Below are positions 1 to 9,444 of a stretch of DNA of 64,000 bases, piece by piece. The notes beneath the pieces are model-generated. The model saw only the letters and a list, made by a program, of their open reading frames with translations. It made no database searches and was not told where the DNA came from. Both the position numbers and the translations under genes were made by a program. Positions within the stretch are counted from its first letter, which is position 1. Every line of letters begins with the position of its first letter. The DNA is from Dongiaceae bacterium (GTDB lineage: Bacteria; Pseudomonadota; Alphaproteobacteria; Dongiales; Dongiaceae): the NCBI GenBank assembly GCA_035699005.1, contig DASSBF010000095.1, forward strand, positions 3,691 to 67,690. Reading direction: 5' to 3'.

Positions 1-14
1 TGCTTGGTCGCCAT
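1..14 (-). CDS. 5' end of a gene running off the window edge (MATK...), probably co-transcribed with pxpA
   Basis: ATG at 14 preceded by GGAGA (26-22) with a 7-nt spacer; only 4 codons visible, so no product can be assigned. Confidence 0.4.
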
Positions 15-58
15 TGACGTGTCTCCGATCGTTTTTGCGTTGAGCCAGAATAGCGCGC

Positions 59-787
59 TCATGCCGCGTCGAGATACGGTTTCACCGCCTCCTTCACGGC
101 CGAAGCGATGGCCACGGCGTTGGGCGTGTCGGAGTGGACGCAGATCGCGTCGGAGCCGACGGCGATGTCCTTGCCGCCTACCGATTTGGTCTTGCCCTCC
201 TTGATGGCGCGGATGCAGCGGGCGGCCGCGTCGACGGGATCCTTCGCCTCGTGCTCGCGGGTGATGATCAGGTTTCCGTCGTCGGCATAGTCGAGGTCGG
301 CATAGAACTCGGCGATCATCCTGAAGCCGCGTTCCTTGTAGATCTTCTCGTGCAGGGTGCCGGCCATTCCCATCAAGGGGACCTTGTAGACCTCGGCGGC
401 GTCGCAGACCGCATGGGCCACATGCTCCTGCCGCGCCGCCATGCCGTAGAGCGCCCCATGCGGCTTGATGTGGTTGAGCGGCATGCCTTCGGCATCGAGG
501 AAGGCTTTCAGCGCGCCGACCTGATAGAGGATGCAATTGGCCAGCTCCTCGCGGCCCATCTTCATCTCGCGCCGGCCGAAGCCTTGCAGATCGGGCAGCG
601 AGGGATGAGCGCCGACCTTCACGCCGAACTTCCTGGCGAGGCGCACCGTCGTGCGCATGTGGTTGAAGTCAGAGCCGTGGAAGCCGCAAGCGACGTTGGC
701 GACGGAGATATAGGGCATGATCGCCTCGTCGTCGCCCATCCTGTAGAGACCGAAGCTCTCGCCCATGTCGCAGTTGATGACAGCCAT
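59..787 (-). CDS. pxpA: LamB/YcsF family protein (5-oxoprolinase subunit A-like)
   Basis: INCDMGESFG, ANVACGFH, GAHP, HIKPHGALY and CVHSDTP motifs; ATG 787 with GGAGGAG RBS. Confidence 0.9.
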   Translation of the reverse strand: MAVINCDMGESFGLYRMGDDEAIMPYISVANVACGFHGSDFNHMRTTVRLARKFGVKVGAHPSLPDLQGFGRREMKMGREELANCILYQVGALKAFLDAEGMPLNHIKPHGALYGMAARQEHVAHAVCDAAEVYKVPLMGMAGTLHEKIYKERGFRMIAEFYADLDYADDGNLIITREHEAKDPVDAAARCIRAIKEGKTKSVGGKDIAVGSDAICVHSDTPNAVAIASAVKEAVKPYLDAA

Positions 788-812
788 GGCAACTCCTCCA
801 CTCGAAAATTCC

Positions 813-1835
813 CTAGTCCTTGGTGCGGATGCTGAGCCGCCGGCGGAACTCGTCAGCCACGGCGGCAAAGATCAGGATGACGCCCGTGACGCCGATCTGC
901 AGATAGGAACTGACGCCGGAGACGTTCATGCCGTTCTCCACAACGCCGAAAAACAACGCGCCGAGCACGACATACGGCACCTTGCCAGTGCCGCCGCGCA
1001 GCGATACGCCGGCAATGACGCAGGCCGCGATCGATTGCAACGGCATCGATTGGCCGATATTGGCTTCCCCCGTTTCCATGCGCGCTGTGAGCAGGAGGCC
1101 GGCGATGCTGGTCAGCGCCGCGCAGATCGCATACGCCAGGAACAAGGTGTGCCGCGTGTTGACCCCGCTGAGGGCCGCCGCCTTGATGTTGCCGCCGACG
1201 GCGTAGAAGTGGCGGCCGAAACGGGTCCACGACATCAGCACATAGACCGCGAGGAAGAGCAGCAGGGCCACCCATACCGGCGTGGTCAAGCCGAACAGCC
1301 GGCCGCTGCCGAAAATGTCGGAGAACGCATAGGGAATGCCGCGCACGGGCATGCCGGCGGTCAGATAGAGCGCGGCGCAGAATCCAACCGAGGCCATGCC
1401 AAGGGTCATGATGAATGGAGAGACGCCGAGGAGCGCGACCCCGAGGCCGTTGACGATGCCGACGGCGAGGCCGCAGGCAAATCCGACCACGCCACCGATG
1501 AAGATGGCAAGCCACGGCGCGTCCGGGTTGCCGGTGGCCACGGCGGACATGGCAAGGGCGCTGGTGACGGAGGTGACGGCCAAGGTGGAGCCGACGGACA
1601 GGTCGAAGCCGGCCGTCACCATCACAACCATCTGGCCCATGGCGACGATGGTGAGGTAGGAGCTCTGACGCAGCACGTTGGCGATGTTGGAGACGCTGAG
1701 GAAGTGGTCCGACATCAGCGCGAACAGGACGATCGCGACCGCCAGCAGGATCGGCAGCACGCCGACCGCGACGAAGATCTGCAGCAGCTTCCGCTCGTAG
1801 CCCTGCACCCGGCGCTCCATGACCCGCTCCGCCAT
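813..1835 (-). CDS. Ribose/xylose-family ABC transporter permease
   Basis: GFDLSVGS, FIMTLG, TRFGRHFYAVGGN..AA.LSG and IAACVIAGVSL.GG motifs; TGATG coupling to the upstream ATPase. Confidence 0.92.
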   Translation of the reverse strand: MAERVMERRVQGYERKLLQIFVAVGVLPILLAVAIVLFALMSDHFLSVSNIANVLRQSSYLTIVAMGQMVVMVTAGFDLSVGSTLAVTSVTSALAMSAVATGNPDAPWLAIFIGGVVGFACGLAVGIVNGLGVALLGVSPFIMTLGMASVGFCAALYLTAGMPVRGIPYAFSDIFGSGRLFGLTTPVWVALLLFLAVYVLMSWTRFGRHFYAVGGNIKAAALSGVNTRHTLFLAYAICAALTSIAGLLLTARMETGEANIGQSMPLQSIAACVIAGVSLRGGTGKVPYVVLGALFFGVVENGMNVSGVSSYLQIGVTGVILIFAAVADEFRRRLSIRTKD

Positions 1836-3403
1836 CAGGCCGCCCTCTCGAAGAAATGCGACAGTACCCGATCCTCCGTGATCTGGCCCTCCTGCAATTC
1901 GACCTGCACGTGGCCGCGGAACATGACATAGGCGCGGTTGCAAAGATGCAGGATCTCCGGCAGGTCGGAGGAGACGAGAAGCACCCCTGCCCCGCCCTCG
2001 CACAGCTGGGCAATCAGCTGGTAGATCGAAACGCGGGTCGAGACATCGACCCCGACGGTCGGCTCGTCGAACACGAACATCCTCACTTCGCGGGTCAGCA
2101 TCTTGCCGATCAGCACCTTCTGCTGGTTGCCGCCGGAGAAGGTGCCGACCTCGCGGTCCACGTCGAACGGATGGAGCTGCAGATCGCGCACCACGTTGGA
2201 AACTGCCTGCCGCTCGCTGCGCCGCTTCAGGAAGATGCCGCTGGAGAAGGCGCCGAGGTGCAGCGCCGGCAGCGACACGTTCTCGACCGAGGAGCGGCTC
2301 AGCACCAGGCCCTCCTTGTGCCGATCGGGCGGCAGGTAGCTGAGGCCGCGATCCAGCATCTGCCGCGGCGTGGCGCCCGTAACATCCTCGCCGGCGAACG
2401 AAACCTTGCCCTTGGAAAGCGGCAGGAGGCCGAAGCAGGCGCGCGCCACCTCCGACTTGCCGCAGCCGACGAGGCCGGCGATGCCCACGATCTCGCCCGC
2501 GCGGACCTCGATGCTGACGTCGCGCACGTCGCCGTCCCTGGTCGTGATGCGTTCCGCGCGCAGCAGCGCATCGCCTGGCGCGTACTTGACCTTGGGAAAG
2601 ATCTGCGAGATTGGACGGCCGGACATCATCTGGATCAAGGTGGCCTCGTCGGCGTCGGCGGCCTTCAGCATGCCGACCTTGCGCCCGTCGCGCAGCGCCG
2701 TCACGCGGTCGGCGATGCGGCGGATCTCCAGGATGCGATGGGTGATGTAGATGATCCCTACCCCGCGCGCCTTGGCCTGCGCAATCAAAGCGAACAGCGA
2801 GTCGGTCTCGCGTTCGGTCAAGGATGCGGTCGGCTCATCCAGAATAAGGACCGATAGATCGCTGCGGAACGCCTTGGCGATCTCCACCATCTGCTGCTCG
2901 GCGCGCGACAGGAACTGCACCTGCCGGCTGGCAGGCAGCGGAAAGCCCAGGCGCTCCAGCAGCTCCTGGGCGCGCTTGATTTCGCCGCCGCGGTCGAGGA
3001 GGCCGTGCCGGGTCGGCTCCGCCCCGAGGAACAGGTTCTCGGCGACGGTCAATTGCGGAACCAGCGAAAATTCCTGGAACACCGCGGAGATGCCGTGGGC
3101 CCGCGCCTCCCGCACGCCGGCGAAGTCGACCGGCGTGCCGTTGGCATAGACCTGGCCGCGCGTCGGCCGGTTGGCACCCGCCAGGATGGAAATGAGCGTC
3201 GACTTGCCGGCGCCGTTCTCGCCGAACAGCGCGTGGACCTCGCCCGCCGCCAGTTCGAAATCCACGTCCACCAGCGCGTCGACGCCGGGATAGTGCTTGG
3301 TCAGGCCTTCCGTCCGCAACAGCGGGGTGCCGGCGCCGCCCTGAAGGACGGCGCCGGACAGCGGACTGGCAGTCGCCTGGGTACGCAAATGGCCGTTGGT
3401 CAC
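1835..3403 (-). CDS. Sugar ABC transporter ATP-binding protein (RbsA-like, two NBDs)
   Basis: GENGAGKST, LILDEPT, FSGGNQQK and FDEPTVGVD motifs. Confidence 0.95.
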   Translation of the reverse strand: MTNGHLRTQATASPLSGAVLQGGAGTPLLRTEGLTKHYPGVDALVDVDFELAAGEVHALFGENGAGKSTLISILAGANRPTRGQVYANGTPVDFAGVREARAHGISAVFQEFSLVPQLTVAENLFLGAEPTRHGLLDRGGEIKRAQELLERLGFPLPASRQVQFLSRAEQQMVEIAKAFRSDLSVLILDEPTASLTERETDSLFALIAQAKARGVGIIYITHRILEIRRIADRVTALRDGRKVGMLKAADADEATLIQMMSGRPISQIFPKVKYAPGDALLRAERITTRDGDVRDVSIEVRAGEIVGIAGLVGCGKSEVARACFGLLPLSKGKVSFAGEDVTGATPRQMLDRGLSYLPPDRHKEGLVLSRSSVENVSLPALHLGAFSSGIFLKRRSERQAVSNVVRDLQLHPFDVDREVGTFSGGNQQKVLIGKMLTREVRMFVFDEPTVGVDVSTRVSIYQLIAQLCEGGAGVLLVSSDLPEILHLCNRAYVMFRGHVQVELQEGQITEDRVLSHFFERAA

Positions 3404-3414
3404 GGCGTACCCGG

Positions 3415-4491
3415 TCAGTTCACGCTGAACTCAGGCTTGAAGTCGGCCGGCGCCAGCGAAGAGTCGCGGTCGAACGTCTCGATGTTCGACTTGTCGATCA
3501 CGTAGAGCTGCGGACCGACATGCTTCTGGTACTCCTTGCCTTCCAGGATGCGGACCGCCTGATCGACCGCGACCCGCGCCTGGATCACCGCCGAGTCCGT
3601 CGGCGCCGCCAGGATGCGGCCGCGCTTGATGCCTTCGTAGACGCCGGGCGTGAAGTAGTAGGACAGGATCTTGACCTGGTCCTCCAGCCCGCGGTCGCGG
3701 ACCAGCTGCATCGCCGCCTCGGCCGTCACCGCGGTCCCAACGATGTAGTTGATGTCGGGATGAGCGGTCAGCGCGTCCTCCAGCAGTGCGAGCTGCGCTT
3801 CCTTGCCGGTGTCGCCGTATTTGGTGTCGACCACGTCGATCGCGCCTTCCTTCACCGCCGCGGTGAAGCCGGTGTTGCCAGCCTCGACCCAGCCGGCGCC
3901 GGCAGGTCCGGGAAACCAGGCGACCTTCACCGTTTTGCTGCCCTTCGGATGCAGCTTGACCAGATAGTCGCCGGCCTTGCCGCCCATCTCGCCGAAGGAC
4001 ACCAGCGACTTGGCCGATATCTTGTCGGTCGACATGCCGTTGATGACGTCGATCACCGGGATCTTCTTGTCGGCGAGTTGGCCGACCAGGTTGTTGAGGC
4101 CGTCGAACGAGATCGCGCCGATGATCACGGCCTGCGCGCCGCCGGCCACGCAATTTTCGATCTGGCTGATCTGCTTGTTGAGCTCGGTGTAGCCGCCGGC
4201 CTCGAGCACCTGCATGGAAACGCCTTCGCGCTTGGCCTCGGCAACCGCTCCGTAGTCGACTGCCAGCCAGTAGTCGTCCTTCATGTGCGGGAACGAGACG
4301 CACAGCTTCCACTTCTGCGACGCCTTGTCCAACGGCGTGTAGTCGATGAGATGGCGCGGGCTGGACATGTCGAATGCCTTTTCCCACACCTCAATCTTGT
4401 AGGGATACCAATTGCCTGACGCCGCCAAGGCGCCGAGCGAAGCAGTGACGAGCGCCGCGGCGGATGCCGCCAGCGTGAGCGACCTCTTCAT
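3415..4491 (-). CDS. TorT-like periplasmic binding protein
   Basis: Signal peptide; WKLCVSFPHMKDDYWLAVDYG, LEAGGY and WFPGP.GAGW segments resemble TorT; GGAGG RBS. Confidence 0.8.
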   Translation of the reverse strand: MKRSLTLAASAAALVTASLGALAASGNWYPYKIEVWEKAFDMSSPRHLIDYTPLDKASQKWKLCVSFPHMKDDYWLAVDYGAVAEAKREGVSMQVLEAGGYTELNKQISQIENCVAGGAQAVIIGAISFDGLNNLVGQLADKKIPVIDVINGMSTDKISAKSLVSFGEMGGKAGDYLVKLHPKGSKTVKVAWFPGPAGAGWVEAGNTGFTAAVKEGAIDVVDTKYGDTGKEAQLALLEDALTAHPDINYIVGTAVTAEAAMQLVRDRGLEDQVKILSYYFTPGVYEGIKRGRILAAPTDSAVIQARVAVDQAVRILEGKEYQKHVGPQLYVIDKSNIETFDRDSSLAPADFKPEFSVN

Positions 4492-4654
4492 CTTGAATCC
4501 TCCCTGTCGTCCTGAATTTTCGCGACCACACGGATTCCCTTCCCATGCAGCGCCGAGCCATCGTTGCGCCTCAGTGAGGCATCCCGATTTCGCGATTGCG
4601 ACAAATCGTGATTTGCCGCCAGTTTTTGTAAAGCGCGATCTTTTGAGTTAGCAT

Positions 4655-4669
4655 TTCGGAAAAACCGAA
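4655..4669. promoter_or_regulatory. Putative LysR recognition site (T-N11-A dyad)
   Basis: TTCGG-AAAAA-CCGAA perfect dyad about 20 bp upstream of the lysR start, in the divergent intergenic region. Confidence 0.65.
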
Positions 4670-4688
4670 TTTTGGGCGCGGGAGCATC

Positions 4689-5612
4689 ATGAGCTTCAAC
4701 ATCCGCCAGATCCGCTATTTCGTCGCGGCGGCCGAAGCCGGCAAGATCGTTTCGGCGGCGTCCGCGGTCGGCATCTCGCCGTCGGCCATCACGGAAGCGA
4801 TCCAGGATCTCGAGGAGACGGTCGGCACCCGGCTGGTCACGCGCCACCGCGGCGGGATCAAGGTGACCTACGACGGCTATGTCTTCCTGCAGCATTGCCG
4901 GAACGTGCTGTCCGCCCTGAGCGCCGCGACCTTCGCGGTCGGCGCACATCGCAAGCGGGTGGAAGGCGAGTTGACGCTGGGGGTGACCGTCACCGTTGCC
5001 GGTTATTTCCTGGCGGCGCCGCTGGCGCGGTTCCGGCGCAGCTTTCCCGGCGTGACGGTGTCCGTGCGCGAGCTCGACCGCAGCGTGATCGAGCGGCAGC
5101 TTGCCTGCCAGCAGCTCGGCCTCGGCATCCTGCTGGTTTCCAACCTCAAGCATGTCCGCGAGCTGGCGACCGAGACGCTGGCGAAATCGCGACGGCGGCT
5201 GTGGACCGCCAGCAACCATCCGCTGCTCGGCAAGGCGAAGGTCACGCTGCGGGACGTCGCGAAGGAACCTTACATCCAGCTCACCATCGACGAAGCGGCC
5301 GAAACGACCTTGACCTACTGGTCCAGGAACGGCTTCAAGCCGAACATCGTGTTCCGCACGGAATCGGTAGAGGCGGTGCGCAGCCTGATCGCGACCGGCG
5401 CCGGCGTCACCATCCTGTCCGACATGGTCTATCGGCCCTGGTCGCTGGAGGGCGACAAGCTGGAATCGCGCGAGATCGGCGCACAGATCCCGACCATGGA
5501 TGTCGGCCTTGCCTGGGCCAAGGGCGTGGAACTGCCGGCGCCGGCACGCGCCTTCATCGAGTTCTGCCGGATGGAGTTCCTTTCGGGGAACCCCAAATCG
5601 ATGACCCTGTAG
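4689..5612 (+). CDS. LysR-family transcriptional regulator
   Basis: N-terminal HTH (IRYFVAAAEAG...ISPSAITEAIQDLE) and a LysR substrate-binding domain; divergent from the TorT-like operon. Confidence 0.95.
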   Translation: MSFNIRQIRYFVAAAEAGKIVSAASAVGISPSAITEAIQDLEETVGTRLVTRHRGGIKVTYDGYVFLQHCRNVLSALSAATFAVGAHRKRVEGELTLGVTVTVAGYFLAAPLARFRRSFPGVTVSVRELDRSVIERQLACQQLGLGILLVSNLKHVRELATETLAKSRRRLWTASNHPLLGKAKVTLRDVAKEPYIQLTIDEAAETTLTYWSRNGFKPNIVFRTESVEAVRSLIATGAGVTILSDMVYRPWSLEGDKLESREIGAQIPTMDVGLAWAKGVELPAPARAFIEFCRMEFLSGNPKSMTL

Positions 5613-5615
5613 CGG

Positions 5616-7139
5616 CTACCGCTCGTGCATGCTTTCGGAGACGTGGCGGGTCAGCGGCGAGAGCAGATAGCCGATGAGGCGGCGCTCGCCGGTCTGGATT
5701 TCCGCCGTTACCGCCATGCCGGGGGTCAACTCCACCCTTCCGTTCTCGGTCATGATCCAATCCTGCGACAGGGCGATGCGGGCGAGATAGACTTGGCCTG
5801 ACGGGCCGGAAGCGGCCGCGTCGCCCTGGGGGCCGCCACTCGCGTCCTTGGTGTCGTTCGCGGGATGGCTGACGGCATCGCGCGTCAGATCGAGTACCTT
5901 GCCGTCGATCAGGCCATAGAGCGTGAAGTTGAAGGCCTCGACCTTCACCCGCACGGTCTGGCCGGCGCGGATGAAGCCGACATCGCGGTTCTGCACCGCT
6001 GCCTCCACCACCAGGCTGGCGTCGTCCGGCACGATCGCCAGCAAGGGTTCCGCCGGCGTGACGACACCGCCGATGGTGTGGATGGCAAGCTGCTGGACGG
6101 TGCCGTCGATCGGGGCATGCAGCACGCCCTGGTCCAGCCGCTGCTCCGCCTTGGCGAGCTCCGCTTCCAGCTCGCTCGCCTGCGCGCGGGTCTTGTCGAG
6201 GTCGGCCAGCACCTGCATCTGGTACTGCGCCGCTTCCGCCGCGCGCTGTTCGCGCAGCGCGCGCTCGGCCGCTTCCGCGCCGTCCTTGCGGTGGGCCAGC
6301 ACGCCGATCTCGTACCGCTGCTCGATCAATCGCTGGTTGGCCTGGTACCAGTCGAGCTTGCTGCCGATCTTCTGGTCGCGCAGGTCGCGCAGGATCTTCT
6401 CCTGGTCGGCCACCATCGGCAGCGATGCCTGCAGTTTGTCTGCGGAGGCCTCAGCCTCCGCGGCCTCGGCCTGCTTGGCCTCGATCTGCTGGTCGAGGTC
6501 GGCGAGCTTGGCCGTCTCGTTCGCAGCCTGCGCGCGCATGGCCGCCAGCGCCAGGGCCAAGTCCTCCGGATTCGCATCCTTCGGCGGGTGGACGAGATCC
6601 GGCGCGCGTTCCTCGATCGGGGAACCGGGCAGCGAAGCGGCCAGACCGCGCAGCCGCGCGAGCGTGAGATCGGTCTGGAGCAGGTCGCGCGCGAAACGGT
6701 CCCGATCGGCCAGCGCCTGGATGGCATTGAGCTCGATCAGCACGTCGCCCGCCTTCACATGATCGCCGTCCGCCACGTGGATCGCGGTGACGATGCCGGT
6801 ATCGGCGGGCTGCACGATCTTGGTCTTGCCCTGGGGCACGATGCGGCCGCCGGCGGTCGCCACGATGTCGACCTGGCCGATGCAGGCCCAGGCGACCGCG
6901 ATGATGGCGACGGCGATGATCGTGAAGCCGATGGCGCGGCCGACCGGCGAAGGCGGGGTGTCGATGATCTCCAAAGCCGCGGGCAGAAACTCGCGCTCGT
7001 CGCGTGTGCGGCGCGGCAGTCGCAGCAGCTTGCCGAGAGTCTTCTGCGCCACTTCATGGCGCCCTTCCTGCGGCCCATCGGCGGAAACACTCGCTGCGGG
7101 GACGGCCGGCAGGGTGCGCGCCGCGTTGTCACGCTGCAT
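5616..7139 (-). CDS. hlyD: HlyD-family type I secretion membrane fusion protein (start could be GTG 7052)
   Basis: EFLPAALE, TM helix, APIDGTVQQL..HTIGGVV and PGMAVTAEI.TG.R motifs. Confidence 0.92.
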   Translation of the reverse strand: MQRDNAARTLPAVPAASVSADGPQEGRHEVAQKTLGKLLRLPRRTRDEREFLPAALEIIDTPPSPVGRAIGFTIIAVAIIAVAWACIGQVDIVATAGGRIVPQGKTKIVQPADTGIVTAIHVADGDHVKAGDVLIELNAIQALADRDRFARDLLQTDLTLARLRGLAASLPGSPIEERAPDLVHPPKDANPEDLALALAAMRAQAANETAKLADLDQQIEAKQAEAAEAEASADKLQASLPMVADQEKILRDLRDQKIGSKLDWYQANQRLIEQRYEIGVLAHRKDGAEAAERALREQRAAEAAQYQMQVLADLDKTRAQASELEAELAKAEQRLDQGVLHAPIDGTVQQLAIHTIGGVVTPAEPLLAIVPDDASLVVEAAVQNRDVGFIRAGQTVRVKVEAFNFTLYGLIDGKVLDLTRDAVSHPANDTKDASGGPQGDAAASGPSGQVYLARIALSQDWIMTENGRVELTPGMAVTAEIQTGERRLIGYLLSPLTRHVSESMHER

Positions 7140-9279
7140 CGATCGCCTCGCCCGACTGCATGCGATGCAACAGGGCATAGCGCCCGCCGCTGCGGATGAG
7201 ATCCTCGTGCCTGCCCTCCTCGACGATGCGGCCCTGCTCGATGGTTATGATGCGGTCGCACCGGCGGACGGTCGACAGGCGGTGCGCTATGATGATGACG
7301 GTGCGCCCCTTGCAGATCTGGCGCATGTTGCGTTGGATCGCCTGCTCGGATTCGAGATCGAGTGCGCTGGTCGCCTCGTCGAAGATGAGGATGCGCGGGT
7401 TGGTCACGAGCGCGCGCGCGATGGCGATGCGCTGGCGCTGGCCGCCCGACAGGGTCCCGCCGCGCTCGCCGATCACCGTGTCGTAGCCTTCGGGCAGCTG
7501 CAGGACGAAATCGTGCGCGCCGGCCAGCCTGGCCGCGGCCACCACCTGGTCGAGCGGCATGCCCGGATCGGCGAGGGCGATGTTCTCGCGCACTGTGCAG
7601 TTGAACAGCACGTTCTCCTGCAGCACGACGCCGATCTGGCGCCGCAGCCAGCTTGCGTCCACCATGGCGAGATCGATGCCGTCGACCAGCACGCGGCCGG
7701 ATTCCGGCACATAGAGCCGCTGCGCCAGTTTCGCGAGGGTCGATTTGCCGGATCCGGAAGAACCGACCACGCCCACCACCTGCCCGGCCGGAATTTCGAG
7801 GTCGATGCCGCGCAGCACCTCGGGACCGTCGACGCGATAGCGGAAGCCCACGCGATCGAAACGGACGCTGCCCCTGACCGCGGGCAGGGCGCCGCGGCCG
7901 GGCGTCGCGGCCGGCTCCGGTGGCGTGTTGAGGATGTCGCCCAGGCGCTGGATCGACTGGCGCACCTGGTGGAAATCCTGCCAGACCTGAGCGAGGCGCA
8001 GCACCGGTTGCGAGACGCGGCTGGCCAGCATGTTGAAGGCCACCAGCTCGCCCACGGTCAGGTTGCCCTCGATCACCGCCTTGGCGCCGAAATAGAGGAT
8101 GCCGGCGGTCGCGAGTTTGGAGACGAGCTGGATCGCCTGGCTGGCATAGTTGCCGAGATTGGCGACCCGGAACGAGGCGCCGACATAGCCGGCAAGCTGC
8201 TCTTCCCAGCGGCGCTGCATCTGCGGCTCCACCGCCATCGCCTTCAGGGTTTCGATCCCGGTGACCGCCTCCACCAGGAAGGCCTGGTTCTCCGCGCCAC
8301 GGCGGAACCGCTCCTCGACCCGCGCGCGGAACAAGGGCGTCAGAGCAAGACTGATGCCGGCATAGAGCGGGAGCGAGGCGAGCACGATGAAGGTCAGCCA
8401 CCAGCTGTACCAGGCCATCACCGCCAGGAAAACGATGGTGAAGAAGAGGTCGATCACCAGCGTCAGGCTGGAGCCGGTGATGAACTGCCGGATGTTTTCG
8501 AGCTCGCGCACGCGAGCGACCGAATCGCCGACGCGGCGTGCGCCGAAATAGGCGAGCGGCAAGCCCACCAGATGGCGGAACAGCCGCGCCCCCAGCTCCA
8601 CGTCGATGCGGTTGGTGGTGTGCGAGAAGACGTAGGTGCGAAGGCCGCCCAGGATGGTCTCGAAGATCGAAACGGTGACCAGGCCGACCAGCAGCACATC
8701 GAGCGTCGTCATGCCGCGATGGACCAGCACCTTGTCCACCACGACCTGGAAGAACAGCGGCGAGATCAGTGCAAAGATCTGCAGGAAGAACGAAGCCAGC
8801 AATACCTGGCCCAGGATGTTACGATACTTGTAGATCGCGCGCATGAACCAGGAGATGTCGAACCGCCGGCCGAGATCCGACAGGCTCATGCGCCGCGCGA
8901 CCAGGATCAGGCTGCCATCCCACAAGCCAAGGAAAGCATCCCGGTCGAGGGTCTCCGGCGCGGCCGTGCCGCGATGCACCAGGACCTTGTCATCGCCCGA
9001 CCGGCCCAGGATGAAGAAGCTGCCATCCTGCGCGCCGGCAAGACACGGCAGTGGTGCGGCGGGCAGTCGATCGAACGAGCTCAGCGTGCGGCGCGCCTTG
9101 AAGTCCTGATGACGGGCGATGCGGACGATATCGTCCGCTCCGATCGCCTGGACGCCCGCAAGCTCGCGGTTCAGCGCCTCCGCGCCCATCGCCAGCCCGT
9201 GGAAACGGAACAGGGTCGCGATGCACGCGATCGTCCGCTGGCGAAGCTCGGCGCGCTCGGGCGATTGATGGTGCGGCAT
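7129..9279 (-). CDS. hlyB: HlyB-family type I secretion ABC transporter with an N-terminal C39-like domain
   Basis: RRVGDSVARVRELENIRQF, Walker A GSSGSGKST and LSGGQRQR; the C39 region lacks the DCG catalytic motif; start codon uncertain (TTG 9369 is an alternative). Confidence 0.93.
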   Translation of the reverse strand: MPHHQSPERAELRQRTIACIATLFRFHGLAMGAEALNRELAGVQAIGADDIVRIARHQDFKARRTLSSFDRLPAAPLPCLAGAQDGSFFILGRSGDDKVLVHRGTAAPETLDRDAFLGLWDGSLILVARRMSLSDLGRRFDISWFMRAIYKYRNILGQVLLASFFLQIFALISPLFFQVVVDKVLVHRGMTTLDVLLVGLVTVSIFETILGGLRTYVFSHTTNRIDVELGARLFRHLVGLPLAYFGARRVGDSVARVRELENIRQFITGSSLTLVIDLFFTIVFLAVMAWYSWWLTFIVLASLPLYAGISLALTPLFRARVEERFRRGAENQAFLVEAVTGIETLKAMAVEPQMQRRWEEQLAGYVGASFRVANLGNYASQAIQLVSKLATAGILYFGAKAVIEGNLTVGELVAFNMLASRVSQPVLRLAQVWQDFHQVRQSIQRLGDILNTPPEPAATPGRGALPAVRGSVRFDRVGFRYRVDGPEVLRGIDLEIPAGQVVGVVGSSGSGKSTLAKLAQRLYVPESGRVLVDGIDLAMVDASWLRRQIGVVLQENVLFNCTVRENIALADPGMPLDQVVAAARLAGAHDFVLQLPEGYDTVIGERGGTLSGGQRQRIAIARALVTNPRILIFDEATSALDLESEQAIQRNMRQICKGRTVIIIAHRLSTVRRCDRIITIEQGRIVEEGRHEDLIRSGGRYALLHRMQSGEAIDAA

Positions 9280-9410
9280 GACGTACGCTGGTCCGGGAGA
9301 ATCCGTTGGCAAGCCGGAACTATCGCGGCCGGACCTGACCAAACCTTTAAGACTGCCCGACTTGTCCAACGGTTCTGCTCGTCCTGAGGCCTTAGCCCAA
9401 ACGCGTGCGC

Positions 9411-9437
9411 GGCGCCGGCAAAGTCGCCGCCGGCGCC
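9411..9437 (-). terminator. GC-rich hairpin between the RTX gene and hlyB
   Basis: GGCGCCGGC / GCCGGCGCC 9-bp inverted repeat just after the RTX stop codon; no clear U tract. Confidence 0.4.
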
Positions 9438-9444
9438 CTCCGTG

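Noticed and set aside
7050-7139. Frameshift at the hlyD 5' end (an out-of-frame ATG at 7057 follows an RBS-like AGGAAGG)
   Set aside because: In-frame starts exist (ATG 7139, GTG 7052) and the reading frame is intact.
6787-9387. Very long antisense ORFs (866 aa here; also 11717-14212, 15173-17755, 24128-26566, 48842-51475) and the same-strand alternative-frame ORF 40504-43251
   Set aside because: They shadow well-supported genes, have no family motifs, and are expected from stop-codon scarcity in GC-rich DNA.
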